64,000 nucleotides of DNA, taken from NCBI GenBank assembly GCA_034780895.1, contig JAUZTB010000072.1, positions 13,789,150 through 13,853,149 of the forward strand, read 5' to 3'. Below the pieces are notes generated by a model. The model searched no databases, was not told the origin of the DNA, and worked only from the letters and a program-made list of their open reading frames with translations. This document shows, one piece after another, positions 51,201-59,499 of the stretch. The position numbers and the translations under genes were made by a program. Numbering within the stretch: the stretch's first letter is position 1; the number at the start of each line of letters is the position of its first letter. Source of the stretch: Rhynchobatus australiae (Eukaryota).

Positions 51201-53863
51201 AGGTCAATTACTTTCAAATAACAGCCAATGATATTTTCTCAAAAAAGTTAAAGGCAAACATTTTTAAATAGAAAAATCAATTCACCACTGGAGGCCAGCC
51301 GTCACAGTAACACAACAAAGTTCATTGAACAATTAAACTAAGAATTTTTNNNNNNNNNNNNNNNNNNNNNNNNNNNNNNNNNNNNNNNNNNNNNNNNNNN
51401 NNNNNNNNNNNNNNNNNNNNNNNNNNNNNNNNNNNNNNNNNNNNNNNNNNNNNNNNNNNNNNNNNNNNNNNNNNNNNNNNNNNNNNNNNNNNNNNNNNNN
51501 NNNNNNATATAGGCCACACATTGACTTCGAAATTCCAGGGAACGATGCACAGGATCTCTACTGTCTAACCTGCGCTGTCCCTGACCTGGGATTGCTTGAA
51601 GCTGACACAATACGTTTCAAATAGAAACTCTTCCATTCTCCAGCAGTATTATTATTCACAGAACATTACATAAAAATGTACCAGCAGGCTTAAGACGCAA
51701 GATAACCGTGAAAGCATGTTTGAAAGCACTCCATGCTTCAGCACTCTCAGCCTTCATTTCAAAGGTGTTAATAAAAGTGTTAAAGAGCTCCACAGGCAGT
51801 TTAGAATGGTTTAAAAAAAATCCTGACAACCTATTGACAGTTTGTTGGGGTTAACAAAATATGACAACTACAGAGTAGAAACAACAAAGCAGCATCAATG
51901 AGTGGTACTCTAGTACTTTGTGCTAACTCATGCAAAAATATTTTTTCTAAAGTCTATATAATAGGGAAATGATATTGTTAAAACTGATCTACCTAAACAG
52001 TATGTTTGAACTACATGTGCCTGTACAAGTGAATAGCATTGTTCAATTTCTTAACATGATAAACGCTTCTCCTGCTATACGTCATCTCTGGCCATACAAC
52101 CTAACACCACAACAACTATACGCCACCTTAAATCTACTGAATAAACAGATAAGTTGTGCCTTTTGTATTGTAATGAGGAACAGTTAAACCCACTTCATCA
52201 ATATAAGCTTGTATCTGAGACAACTTTATGCATCGCGACATGAAAATTCTAGTGGTAATGTCACCTCTAATACGATGCCATCACCAGACACATCTTTTCC
52301 TTCTCTCTTTTCAGCATTCTAGAGGGACTGTTCCCTCCTCAACACTCTGGTCCACTCTTCTATCTCCACCAATAGCCACTCTCCTCTTTATGGCATCTTT
52401 CCCTGTAATCACAGAGAGTGCCACACTGGCTCTTATACCCGCTCCCTTCCCACAGTCCAATGACCCAAACACTCCTTTCGGGCAAAACTGCAATTTACTT
52501 GTACTTTTTTCAGTTTAATATGCTGCATTTGACTTATGATGTGGTCTCCTCCACACTAGGAAAATCAGATGTAAATCAGACGATCCTTTTGCAGGTCATC
52601 TCCATTCAATTTGCAAGTGTAACTCTGTACTTCCAGTTGCCCATCCCTTCAATTCTCTATCCCACTCCAATCTGTCTTTAACTACCTACATTGTTTTAAC
52701 TGAGCTCAATACAAGCTTGAGGAATCTTCCAATATTCAGACCTAAACAAAGAATTCAACAATCAGCCATACGAGTCTTGAGATTACATTTCCACCAGTTT
52801 TCCTATTCCTCTCCTCCCGTTTCAGATTTCATTCATATCCTCCTATTTGCAGCTCCTCCATTAGCCTCTTGCAGCCAGCACCACCATCACTCATATCATT
52901 CAGTCCTTCCTGGTCTCTATCAAAGACCTTCCACTTTGTTCACTCCACTATTTTCCCCATCTCATCCATGACTTTTCTCTGCAATTTGTTTCAATTCTCT
53001 AACTTCATTAGAAACAGGAGCTGGAGTAAGCCTCAAAAACCTGTTCATCATTTTACAACATCTGGCCACTCTGATCTTGGTCTCACAGCCCTTTCCTACT
53101 CTCTTCCCATGCCCCTCAACTGCCTCATAGTTCAAATGTTTGTCAACCTCTGCCTTCGATATCTCTGGGATCAAGAATGGCAAAAATTCACAATCCTCTG
53201 AGATAAGAAATTCCTCCAACTGAAACTGGTCACCCATTATTCTGAAACTATGCCCCTTAGATTTAGGGGAACTATCTTCTCAGCAGCCAGCCTGCCACTG
53301 GCCAAAAATGTGAACTGTTTCCCTCTCCACAGATGCCGACTGTTCTGCTGAATGTTTCCAGCGTTCTTTTTTAAACTTTGGGGCTCTCTAACTAGTGAGG
53401 ACCACTTTGCAATTTTTACAGCGCCTAAAGGAGAATTTTCTAACAATTGCTCAGCATTTCCCAGCCTGCTCAGGAATCAGAAGAGGCAGCATTTTTTCCA
53501 AAGAAAGCTGCTGTAGGCACTCACGGAATTAATATACAGGGAAGGACCATTCAGCCCATCAAGACCCACCTCGCTGTCAATAACTGAGATTCTCTCCCAG
53601 TTATTATTCAGCTCCAATGGGAAAATGGCCAAGATTTGAAAAGCAGTGGAGCCCGCCCAAGTGAAAATTACTGCCGATTGCTGCCTGGCCCCGCACTCTG
53701 CACAGCTCCCGGCCAGGCAGTGGTACCTCGGCCTTACCAGCAGCACACGGTCCGGGCCAACGCTCCCGGCTTGACTGCCGAAGATTCCGCCCTGGCCACT
53801 CACCTGCTTCACCGACAGCGAGATGTTCTCCAGGATCCGGTCCTTCACTTTCAGGGTCTCCAT
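9119..53863 (-). CDS. PLEKHM2: PLEKHM2/SKIP, whole spliced CDS span (20 coding exons, about 3108 nt / 1035 aa if exon 11 is 91 nt)
   Basis: Exon translations follow recalled vertebrate PLEKHM2 from METLKVKDRILENISLSVK (RUN domain) through LEWDDSAI and TDWE, the PH domain, to the RDPWC* C-terminus. All visible junctions are GT-AG with matching phases. Confidence 0.97.
9620..10290 (+). mobile_element. Rex1/Babar-like LINE 3' part
   Basis: Frameshifted AKKAHQ.L.FLRRLRKF..., ESIL...CITAWYGNCSAQD, PSGRRYKSLKTHTTRPKDSFYP, then a 3' tail ending aataaacc. Confidence 0.8.
10723..10833 (-). CDS. PLEKHM2: PLEKHM2 exon 19 (111 nt)
   Basis: ELSEGQKTLPWFLYFSCTEELQRFLAALKGAWRKIYK; acceptor ttgtag, donor gtgagc. 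Confidence 0.94.
11790..11969 (-). CDS. PLEKHM2: PLEKHM2 exon 18 (180 nt)
   Basis: IVPQGGVPSPCIPCCLVVSDRMVLTCHEDSQTSFFRLLG...REYCLM; acceptor tgccag, donor gtaagt. Confidence 0.96.
14409..14568 (-). CDS. PLEKHM2: PLEKHM2 exon 17 (160 nt), PH domain
   Basis: GEQCGGCRRSSTTERPHTFQVILTERLALELSAENEEEMADWMQHLCQAVSKG; acceptor ttgtag, donor gtatgt. Confidence 0.96.
14640..15640 (-). mobile_element. Highly decayed CR1-like LINE
   Basis: Antisense CR1-type tail (tctcagttttgaa...attgaccaagcctcagc) and RT-region remnants. Confidence 0.45.
16262..16327 (-). CDS. PLEKHM2: PLEKHM2 exon 16 (66 nt), PH domain
   Basis: NGILYQYPDRIDVMPLMSVNL; acceptor ttctgcag, donor gtaagt. Confidence 0.95.
17200..17545 (-). 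mobile_element. CR1 LINE 3' end
   Basis: LIEMYKILTVLGGPGAGRMFPLMDGSRTRGHRL is typical of the CR1 ORF2 C-terminus. Confidence 0.75.
17711..17901 (-). CDS. PLEKHM2: PLEKHM2 exon 15 (191 nt), start of PH domain
   Basis: VSDVTIHLYSLIHWEDP...TKEGILHYKAGTSYLGSPIWKPSYVVL; acceptor ttgcag, donor gtgtgg. Confidence 0.95.
18100..19380 (-). mobile_element. Penelope-like element remnant (GIY-YIG endonuclease region with termini)
   Basis: NLVCCVWYSKYALYTGETKCRLVDQFAAHLHSV is a decayed YIGETKRRL..RF.EHL motif. Confidence 0.75.
19763..19895 (-). CDS. PLEKHM2: PLEKHM2 exon 14 (133 nt)
   Basis: FFLTALRSAMIKGCREPPYPSILMDATMQKLALTKFVAQESRCE; acceptor ctatag, donor gtaata. Confidence 0.95.
20815..20903 (-). 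CDS. PLEKHM2: PLEKHM2 exon 13 (89 nt)
   Basis: VGLGQQTVQLVCTNRRRQFLLDTADESLTE; acceptor tcaaag, donor gtaagt. Confidence 0.95.
21562..21626 (-). CDS. PLEKHM2: PLEKHM2 exon 12 (65 nt)
   Basis: GAADKPYAVEEAVSYNELDYVS; acceptor ctgtag, donor gtgagt. Confidence 0.95.
22406..22446 (-). CDS. PLEKHM2: PLEKHM2 exon 11, visible 3' part only (5' part in gap 22447-22529)
   Basis: VLLTDCYIYLLRK then G|gtaaat. A pyrimidine tract (ttttttcccct) abuts the other side of the gap. Confidence 0.9.
22547..22863. mobile_element. Tigger/pogo-like MITE
   Basis: TA|caggcagttcctgggttacacaag ... tttgtaacacagggagcccctg imperfect TIRs. Same family as 35493-35790. Confidence 0.6.
23730..23799 (-). CDS. PLEKHM2: PLEKHM2 exon 10 (70 nt)
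   Basis: VDNNLLLLLMIHVFRENEEQLYK; acceptor cccccag, donor gtaacg. Confidence 0.95.
24552..24727 (+). mobile_element. Tx1-clade LINE ORF2 fragment running into a gap
   Basis: YLGTKCHYVPRFYLSRLLRRMGLA / HNAPVSWTLLHYLSFVEKLFFRTNPFDHKSI; GC-rich relative to flanks. Confidence 0.7.
25762..26619 (-). CDS. PLEKHM2: PLEKHM2 exon 9 (858 nt), low-complexity acidic linker
   Basis: LAKKKRTPKKKR...PGLQIPQMKDTSM...MEFYRFTLESP...SPSELTHPADFR; acceptor ccacag, donor gtaaag. Confidence 0.95.
27620..27830 (+). mobile_element. Deu-domain SINE remnant
   Basis: ccaatttgtgcatagca...atccatctgagaggggc...tttaatgactcatccaaaagaca. Confidence 0.5.
28197..28440 (-). CDS. PLEKHM2: PLEKHM2 exon 8 (244 nt)
   Basis: EGELTDTVSSCPRS...RSPTLRYNPFN...TELEVIR; acceptor ctgtag, donor gtcagt. 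Confidence 0.94.
29050..29365 (+). mobile_element. tRNA-derived V/HE1-type SINE
   Basis: gtggtgcggctagtagagatgcagcctcacagctcc...gtggaatgtagaatttgcacatg...gggtttccactggg...ggttaattggccactgta. Confidence 0.7.
30490..31130 (-). mobile_element. L2-like LINE 3' region, interrupted by an insert of about 120 bp
   Basis: tcatttatgggatatgg...ggccagcatttattgcc antisense tail; LINE sequence resumes at agtattccatcatactcctgac. Confidence 0.65.
31808..31867 (-). CDS. PLEKHM2: PLEKHM2 exon 7 (60 nt), contains second W-acidic motif TDWE
   Basis: DYDFGDVFSAAQSIPSTDWE; acceptor attatag, donor G|gtggga. Confidence 0.94.
33544..33582 (-). CDS. PLEKHM2: Candidate 39-nt cassette exon (6b) of PLEKHM2
   Basis: tttgttcctgcag|TGCGTTGGAGGGACAGCAATCTAACAGGGCCACTCTCAG|gtatgt. 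Phase 1-1, stop-free (VRWRDSNLTGPLS). No transcript support available. Confidence 0.45.
35493..35790. mobile_element. Tigger/pogo-like MITE
   Basis: TA|caggtcctccctagattacaacagg ... cgtttgtagcctgggaagaatctg; related to 22547-22863. Confidence 0.55.
36563..36749 (-). CDS. PLEKHM2: PLEKHM2 exon 6 (187 nt), contains W-acidic motif LEWDDS
   Basis: DVPYLDLAPYMPEYYKPQHLLDFEDRLPNSVHGSDSLSLNSYNSVTSTNLEWDDSAIAPSSE; acceptor ttctag, donor gtaagt. Confidence 0.96.
37573..37660 (-). CDS. PLEKHM2: PLEKHM2 exon 5 (88 nt), RUN domain
   Basis: NALVCSHDHLTLFLTLVSGLEFIRFELEL; acceptor cctaag, donor gtaaga. Confidence 0.96.
39379..39478 (-). CDS. PLEKHM2: PLEKHM2 exon 4 (100 nt), RUN domain
   Basis: RAWLYLALNENSLESYLRLFWENQTLLHKYYFK; acceptor cctctcag, donor gtaagt. 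Confidence 0.96.
39814..39923 (-). CDS. PLEKHM2: PLEKHM2 exon 3 (110 nt), RUN domain
   Basis: LQDISSGYWVLVVHFTRSEAVNQIEVLRHVATNLGR; acceptor cattcag, donor gtgagt. Confidence 0.96.
41556..41662 (-). CDS. PLEKHM2: PLEKHM2 exon 2 (107 nt), RUN domain
   Basis: LQGYFAACEDETPAIRNHDKVLQRLCEHLDHALLYG; acceptor ccccag, donor GG|gtaagg. Confidence 0.96.
43278..43323 (-). pseudogene. UBE2G2: Isolated UBE2G2-like internal exon (46 nt) within PLEKHM2 intron 1
   Basis: ttcctgttcacag|GTCCGATCAGCGAGGAGAATTTTTTTGAATGGGAGGCCTTAATCAT|gtaagg translates as (G)PISEENFFEWEALI(M). Recalled UBE2G2 has GPMNEENFFEWEALIM. No other UBE2G2 exons were found by eye. Confidence 0.8.
43490..43840 (+). mobile_element. L2-like LINE fragment
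   Basis: agcaggtcaatggcttggtatcctgcagc...caggagtgtgatggaatgctctccacttg...gaaactccctacctaacagcactgtggg. Confidence 0.65.
44355..45060 (-). mobile_element. L2-like LINE fragment
   Basis: Same antisense family as 30490-31130 (gttccagggttttgacccagtaacagt...). Confidence 0.6.
45100..45410 (-). mobile_element. Degenerate PIF/Harbinger (HARBI1-like) transposase C-terminal remnant
   Basis: SGDTLQH..QFLVACFTMCNLAVMQMWPLP resembles the Harbinger DDE C-terminal pattern SGGxLQY...ACCMLHNLA. Confidence 0.55.
45540..45769. repeat. Long inverted repeat (112-bp arms, 6-nt spacer)
   Basis: 45540-45651 aligns without gaps to the reverse complement of 45658-45769, with 13 mismatches (hand alignment). Confidence 0.93.
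46095..47015 (+). mobile_element. Rex1/Babar-like LINE, RT C-terminal half and 3' tail
   Basis: KFVDDTTVVGRISNGDEETYRSE...NLSLKVSKTKELIVNFRK; LRRFGMSPKTLANFYRCMMESILTGCITAWYG; tail aataaatctgattctg. Confidence 0.85.
48692..49260. repeat. Local duplication with A-X-B-A'-B' structure
   Basis: A 48692-48780 matches A' 49111-49197; B 49066-49117 matches B' 49209-49260. Confidence 0.88.
52230..53010 (+). mobile_element. Penelope-like element remnant
   Basis: Decayed GIY-YIG region (tttaatatgctgcatttg...gtggtctcctccacactaggaaaatcag...) and a pyrimidine-rich tail, same family as 18100-19380. Confidence 0.6.
53804..53863 (-). CDS. PLEKHM2: PLEKHM2 coding exon 1 (60 nt)
   Basis: METLKVKDRILENISLSVKQ; Kozak-like caaggATGg; donor CAG|gtgagt. 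Confidence 0.96.
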
Positions 53864-53880
53864 CCTTGAGGCCGACGCAT
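53851..53880 (-). promoter_or_regulatory. uORF (MRRPQGWRP*) overlapping the PLEKHM2 start codon
   Basis: gtgacgATGcgtcggcctcaaggATGgagacccTGA; the upstream ATG is 17 nt before the main ATG and out of frame. Confidence 0.7.
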
Positions 53881-53938
53881 CGTCACCGCGCGTCCTCCTG
53901 CTCCCGCCGCCGCCGCTCGTTCACCACGGCCGGCGCCG

Positions 53939-54009
53939 CGCGCTCCCGATGGACAACGCCGCCCGCGCGTCCTCACCTCGCGCTCCCGATGGACAACGCC
54001 GCCCGCGCG
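53939..54009. repeat. Tandem duplication: two identical 31-bp copies, 40-bp period
   Basis: cgcgctcccgatggacaacgccgcccgcgcg at 53939-53969 and 53979-54009. Confidence 0.92.
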
Positions 54010-55059
54010 CCTACGGGAAGTGACACCATCGAAGACCTCGAGCGTTCCTTTGCAAGGATCACGTGGGCGGGGCTTATTACCCTCATGGGCGGGGCTTATC
54101 GCCCTCGTCAACCTCACGTGATCGAAGAAGCCCTTCCCGGGCGAGGCTTAATCTGCCATTCATTCCCAGTCGCTCTGCATTGGCGGGAATTGTAACGCAA
54201 ACAAACCAACGGGTGAAATTAACTCATTGATGAGCGCCCCTTTTAGTTCTCTGAACACCAGATGGTGCAATCGAGCTATCCAAAAAAAGTCACTCCAACG
54301 AGTTTAATAATAATTCATGGAGTTTCCGACAATTCCTGGTTGTACGGAGATAGAACAGGCAAGTGGAGTGAATTCAATCATTGCACCTGCAAATGGGCCG
54401 AATGGTCTTTTGCACCGTGTGATTTCTCTTTTGCTGTACTCAGTGGTTACTGGATCCGAGGTTCCTGCAGAAGTAAATGAATATAATTTCGTAACCCTGT
54501 CTTAATGTTTAGCTCCGTTATTTCACCCTGCGGCCAAATGTATCACCCAGTAGAATCTGACCCCCAAATATCAACGCAAAGAAAACTTAAAACTATGGAA
54601 ACACATAGCAAGTCGGGCAATATTTTTGGGACGAGAAATAGAGTTAACGTTTTAGGAAGAAGACCCTTTGTCAGAACTGGGTAAGAGAGAAAGGTTAGTT
54701 TTAAGTTGCCATTTGAGTTTTAAGTTGCCTTTCTGCAAGTTAGTTTCTATTGAAGAGGGTTCAACGTGAAACATTGTCGCTGTTTCTCTTTCCCAGGATG
54801 CAGCTTGACCTGCTGAGTGTTTACAGCATTTTCTGTTTTTGTTTCCGATTTTCAGCATCTGTGTTTTTTTAAAAATTATTGCCAATGCAAACCACATATC
54901 AAATATGCACCTTAATTGAATAGTTCAGCTACTTACTGGGCCAAGTCACAGATCCACCAGGAGAATGCCAACATTTTCATTTATTGTTCAGCTTTGCATG
55001 TGTTCTTGCCTCCTACAAGGGGCAAGTGTCTCCACAACAAATTCTTCAAAGAGAAAGAA

Positions 55060-55920
55060 TGCAAGAACATAAGTCAGAGGAGCAGGCCATTTGTCTGCTG
55101 GACCTATACCACCTTCATGGCTGATCTTTTCCCTCAAATCCCACTTTCCTGTGCAACCCCCATGTTCCCTGATTCCTTTATTATCTGGAAATCTTTAGGT
55201 CTCTGTTTTGAATGCAATCGATGACTGAGCCTCGGGTAGGAAACTCCAAAGACTGGTCATCCTCTAAGTGAAGAAAATTCTTCTCCTCTCAGTCCTAAAT
55301 GATCTGCCCCTTATTATGAGACCGTGATTCACCAACATAGATAAGTACAGCACAGGAACAAGCCGATTGGGCCACTATATCCGTGCTGACCATGATACCA
55401 AATTAAACCAATCCCATTTGCCTGCACATGATCCATATTCCTGTCTGTTCATGTGCCTGTCTAAATACCTCTTAAACATCACTGTTGTATCTGCTTCCAC
55501 CACTTCCCCAAGAAGCCCGTTCCAGGCCTGTGTAAAACACTGGACTCGCACATCTTCTTTAAATCTCCCCCCACTCACCTTAAAGCTAAGTCTTCTAGCA
55601 TTTGTTCTAACTGGCTATAGCACTGAGTTTCACATCATGAACACTCAAGCAATCATGCTAAAAGTGGTCCCTTTATTATGCACTTTACCCTGAGATGATT
55701 TGAGTACAAGGTTGAAGCTGTCTTACTAAATTTATATAGGACCTGGTGAGACCATACCCTGAAGATCTTTGTTTAATGATCATGGGCCTAGTTTTAGACA
55801 CTTCAGCCCAGGTGAAACATCCTCTGCTCATAAACCAGTCAAGCCCTCTAGGGATTTTATACATTTCATCAAAGTCACCTTGTAAACTACACCAGAGAGG
55901 CCTCTCCTCGTATGACAGAG
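55060..55920 (-). mobile_element. Nested CR1 3' ends
   Basis: Two antisense CR1 tails at about 55060 and 55335, plus GDFDEMYKIPRGLD and QAWNGLLGEVVEADTTVMFKRYLDRHM. Confidence 0.7.
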
Positions 55921-56469
55921 ACATTTTCATAGGAACCAATCCAGTAAATATTCATTTCACTTGCTCAATTCCTTCTTTAGGTAAGCAGGCCAAAATTGGA
56001 GAGTTCAATGTTCACCCCAGTCCCCATCACCTTGTTTTCCACCCACTCCATCTGCCCATCACCCACACTTGCCCTCCATAGCTTTATACTGGCTGTCTCC
56101 CCTCTATCTTTCAGTCCAGATCAGGGGTCTCCACCCGAAACGGTGACTGTCCATTTTTCTCCACAGGTTCTGCCTAATCCACTCAGCTCCTGCTGCAGTT
56201 TGTTTCTTTGACCAATGGGGGAAGCAGTGCTGAATGCTGCTGAAGTGCGAAAAGCCGAAACAGAAAATGCTGGAACCAGTCAGCAGATCAGGCATCACCT
56301 GTGGAAAGAAACACAGTTAATGTTTTATGTTGAAGGCTTTCTATCTGACAAAGGGTCTTTGACCTGAAATGTTAACTGTTTCTCTTTCCATGTATGCTGC
56401 CTGATCTGCTGGTTGACTCCAGTGTTTTCTGTTTTTGCTGCTCAGTGAAATTCAGCAATGAGGCTTTCA

Positions 56470-56742
56470 GGATATAGATATAGATTTCTGTATTAGTCAC
56501 ATGTACATTGAAATACACCTTTTTGCTAGAGTGTTCTGGGGGCAGCCTGCAAGTGTCACCACGCTTCCGGCACCAACGTAGCATGTCCACAACTTCCTAA
56601 CCCCTACGTTTGGAATGTGGGAGGAAACCGGAGCACCCGGAGGAAACCCACGCAGACACAGGGAGAACGTACAAACTCCTTACAGACAGTGGGCAGAACT
56701 GAACCCGGGTCGCTGGCACTGTAATAGCGTCACACTAACCGG
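56470..56742 (-). mobile_element. tRNA-derived SINE (V-domain with Rex-like tail)
   Basis: Reverse complement of the 57795-58158 family (ggaggaaaccggagcacccggaggaaacccacgcagacacagggagaacgtacaaactcc). Confidence 0.8.
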
Positions 56743-57794
56743 TTAATGTTTCAGGTGGAAGGTAGTTTGTTTGCAGCATTTTCTATTTTAATTTCGGATG
56801 TTCAGCAACTGCAGATTTTTTATTTCATTTCAGAGTTTTTGTAATGTAATCTCAGGCTGAGTCATAACTGCAATTATTGGGAATTTCCAAGAACTGAATG
56901 GTTGAAGGAAAGTAGCTGTTCTTGAACCTGGTGGTGTTGGATTCAGGCTTCTGTACCTCCTGCCTGATGGTAGCTGCGAGAAGATGCACTCGTTCACCTT
57001 GTGTTTCAAGATATGTTCAGCTTGCATAAACTTGGGCACTCTGCCTAACTGGGGAGGAAGAGCTGAGTCACAGTCTTTGATTTCTTTATTGGACCTACAC
57101 TTACCACAAGAACTTGAAGTAAGGGAGAGTGGAATTGTTACAAAAATACAGAGATGAGTAAACAAAATTTCAGAAATTATATATTATGAAAATGTTCCCA
57201 AATAATTAAAAATGAAATAGAGTAACAAAAAGGGTGTAGTAAATTTTGAAGCAGAAAGCATCAAAAACATGATCCCTTCAGGTTTTCCTTTGCAGCCTTT
57301 TGTTGCTTACTTATTAAATGTCGGTGATGAGGCAAAGCCAGCACTTATTGCCCATCCTTTTTGGTCTTGAAAAGGCAGAGGTGAGTCATAATGCTGAACT
57401 GCTGCAGTCCTACTGGTGAAAGTCCTCTCACAGAGATGTTCAACAGAGAACCCCAGCCTTTGACCCAGTGACAATGAGGGAATGGCAATGCACCGATTTA
57501 CCTTCTTCCAGTCATTTGGAAGAGAACTGCCAGTCAGGTCCTTTTCTTGCATCAGCATAACCCCCGCATCCTTCCAGTTAATGCAACATGGAGGTCAGGA
57601 ACTTGCTGGTGACCAGGTGCAACAGGAAGGCATTTGAACTTTGGACCTGGCACGTTGTCCGGAGGCAGAACTCAGTTGTGTTGAGCGGAGGAAAGCATTT
57701 TGTTTCTGGACCCTGGGTTTTATGCCAGCCATAAATGGTGTATCTAGCCTGGCCCATTCAATTTAATCGGACTACTCACCAATCACGTATCAGG

Positions 57795-58158
57795 CATGGT
57801 AGTGTAGTAGTTATCCTGACACTATTACAGCACCAGTGACCTAGGTTCAATTCCGGCCGCTGTCTGTAAGGAGTTTGTACGTTCTCCCCGTGTCTGTGTG
57901 GGTTTCCTCCGGGNNNNNNNNNNNNNNNNNNNNNNNNNNNNNNNNNNNNNNNNNNNNNNNNNNNNNNNNNNNNNNNNNNNNNNNNNNNNNNNNNNNNNNN
58001 NNNNNNNNNNNNNGGGTTAAGAGCTGTGGGCATGCTACGTTGGTGCCGGAAGAGTGGCGACACTTGCGGGCTGCCCCCAGCACATTCTGAGTAACGCAAA
58101 AAGACGCATTTCACTGTGTGTTTTGATAGACATGTGACTAATAAATAAATATCTTATC
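57795..58158 (+). mobile_element. tRNA-derived SINE (V-domain with Rex-like tail)
   Basis: A-box ggtagtgtagtagtta, B-box ggttcaattcc, V-domain gagtttgtacgttctccccgtg, tail gtgactaataaataaatatcttatct. Confidence 0.8.
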
Positions 58159-58164
58159 TCACCT

Positions 58165-59192
58165 TGGGTGAGATTGTTTGCAGGGAAAGGAGTGTCTGCC
58201 AAGTGGGAGGCCATTAAAAGTGTGATATCAAGTGTTCAGGGCCTGCATGTTCCTTTTAGGGTGAAGACCAAGGCTGGCAGGTTTCAGGAAACCTGGTTGA
58301 TGTGAGATTTTGAGGCTCTGGTTAAGAAAAAGAGGGAGGCATATACTGCGCAAAAGCAATTGGGAACTAGTGAACCTCTTGATGACTACAAGAAGTGTTG
58401 GAGTGTACTTAAGAGAGAAGTTAGAAGGGCAAAAAGAGGATATGAGAAGGATCTGGCAGGCAAGGTGAGGCAAAATCCCAACAAATTATATAGGTATATT
58501 AAGCATAAAAGGGCAGCTAGGGAGACAATAGGTCCTCTTAGACCAGCGTGGCCATCTGTGTGTGGAACCAAAGAAAATAGGTGAGATTTTTAATGAATAT
58601 TTGTCCTTAGCTTTTACTGTGGAGAAAACGATGGAAGCTAAAGAAATGGGGGAAATGAGTGGTGTTGTCTTGGACCACATATGAACTAGCAGGGAGGAGG
58701 TACTGGAGGCCTTAAAGTGTATTACAGTGGATAAATCCCTGGTGCATTCTCGGGCCTTGTGGCAAGCCGGAGAAGAAATTGTGGAGGCCCTTGCGGAGGT
58801 TTTTGCTTCATCTCTGGTCACAGGTCAGGTTCCGGAGGACTGGAGAGTGGCTGATGCNNNNNNNNNNNNNAAAAAGGGGAGCAAAAACAAGTTGGGAAAT
58901 TTCAGCAAGGGCTTCTACAATTTCCTCTCTAGCTTCCCTCAAGGTCCGAGAGATTTAACAGGAACCTGAGGGGCAACTTTTTCACCCAGGGGGTGGTCAG
59001 TCTATGGAATGAGCTGCTGAAGGAAGTGGTTGAAGCAGGTACATTAACAACATTTAAAAGGTACTTGGACATGTACATTGATAGGAAAGGTTTGGAGGGA
59101 TATGGGCAAATAAGACTAGCTTAGATGGGAATCTCGTTCTGCATGGACCATTTGGGCCAAAGGGCCTGTTTCTGTGCTGTATGACTCTATAA
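58165..59192 (+). mobile_element. CR1 LINE ORF2 remnant with internal deletion and 3' tail
   Basis: LKREVRRAKRGYEKDLAGKVRQNPNKLYRYIK; EIVEALAEVFASSLVTGQVPEDWRVA; tail gggcctgtttctgtgctgtatgactctat. Confidence 0.85.
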
Positions 59193-59499
59193 CTTCATGT
59201 TTGTGATGAAGCTCATGATACCTGTGGATGATAATCAGTAACAGGCAAGGGGTTTCAGTCTGTAACCTCCACTCCAGAAATGAGCTCACCCCAGTCTCAG
59301 TGTGCAGTTGATGTCTGTGCATGTGTGCACTTGGACGCTGGGCTGCGAGTCGTTGTTGACACTTTACTGAAGTGTTGGAGAGGATGGGCTGCACACGAAA
59401 CATCTGGAAAACAAAATTCCTGTACCGACGTGCCACCCCACACACTGCACTGCCAACCTCCCCGCATCCCTGGTCCCCCACAACCACGGGAAATGGGCA

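Larger units (their letters stand above)
53680..54195 (-). promoter_or_regulatory. CpG island / promoter and 5'UTR of PLEKHM2
   Basis: The only strongly CpG-dense stretch in the window. GC boxes at 54065-54072 and 54087-54094; CACGTG E-boxes at 54060-54065 and 54115-54120; ETS-like GGAAGTG at 54016-54022; ATTGG overlapping E2F-like TTGGCGGGAA at 54179-54189. Confidence 0.85.

Noticed and set aside
53477-54195. Plus-strand Arg/Pro/Ala-rich ORFs suggesting a divergent gene
   Set aside because: Expected from the GC content of the CpG island; no downstream plus-strand exons were recognised.
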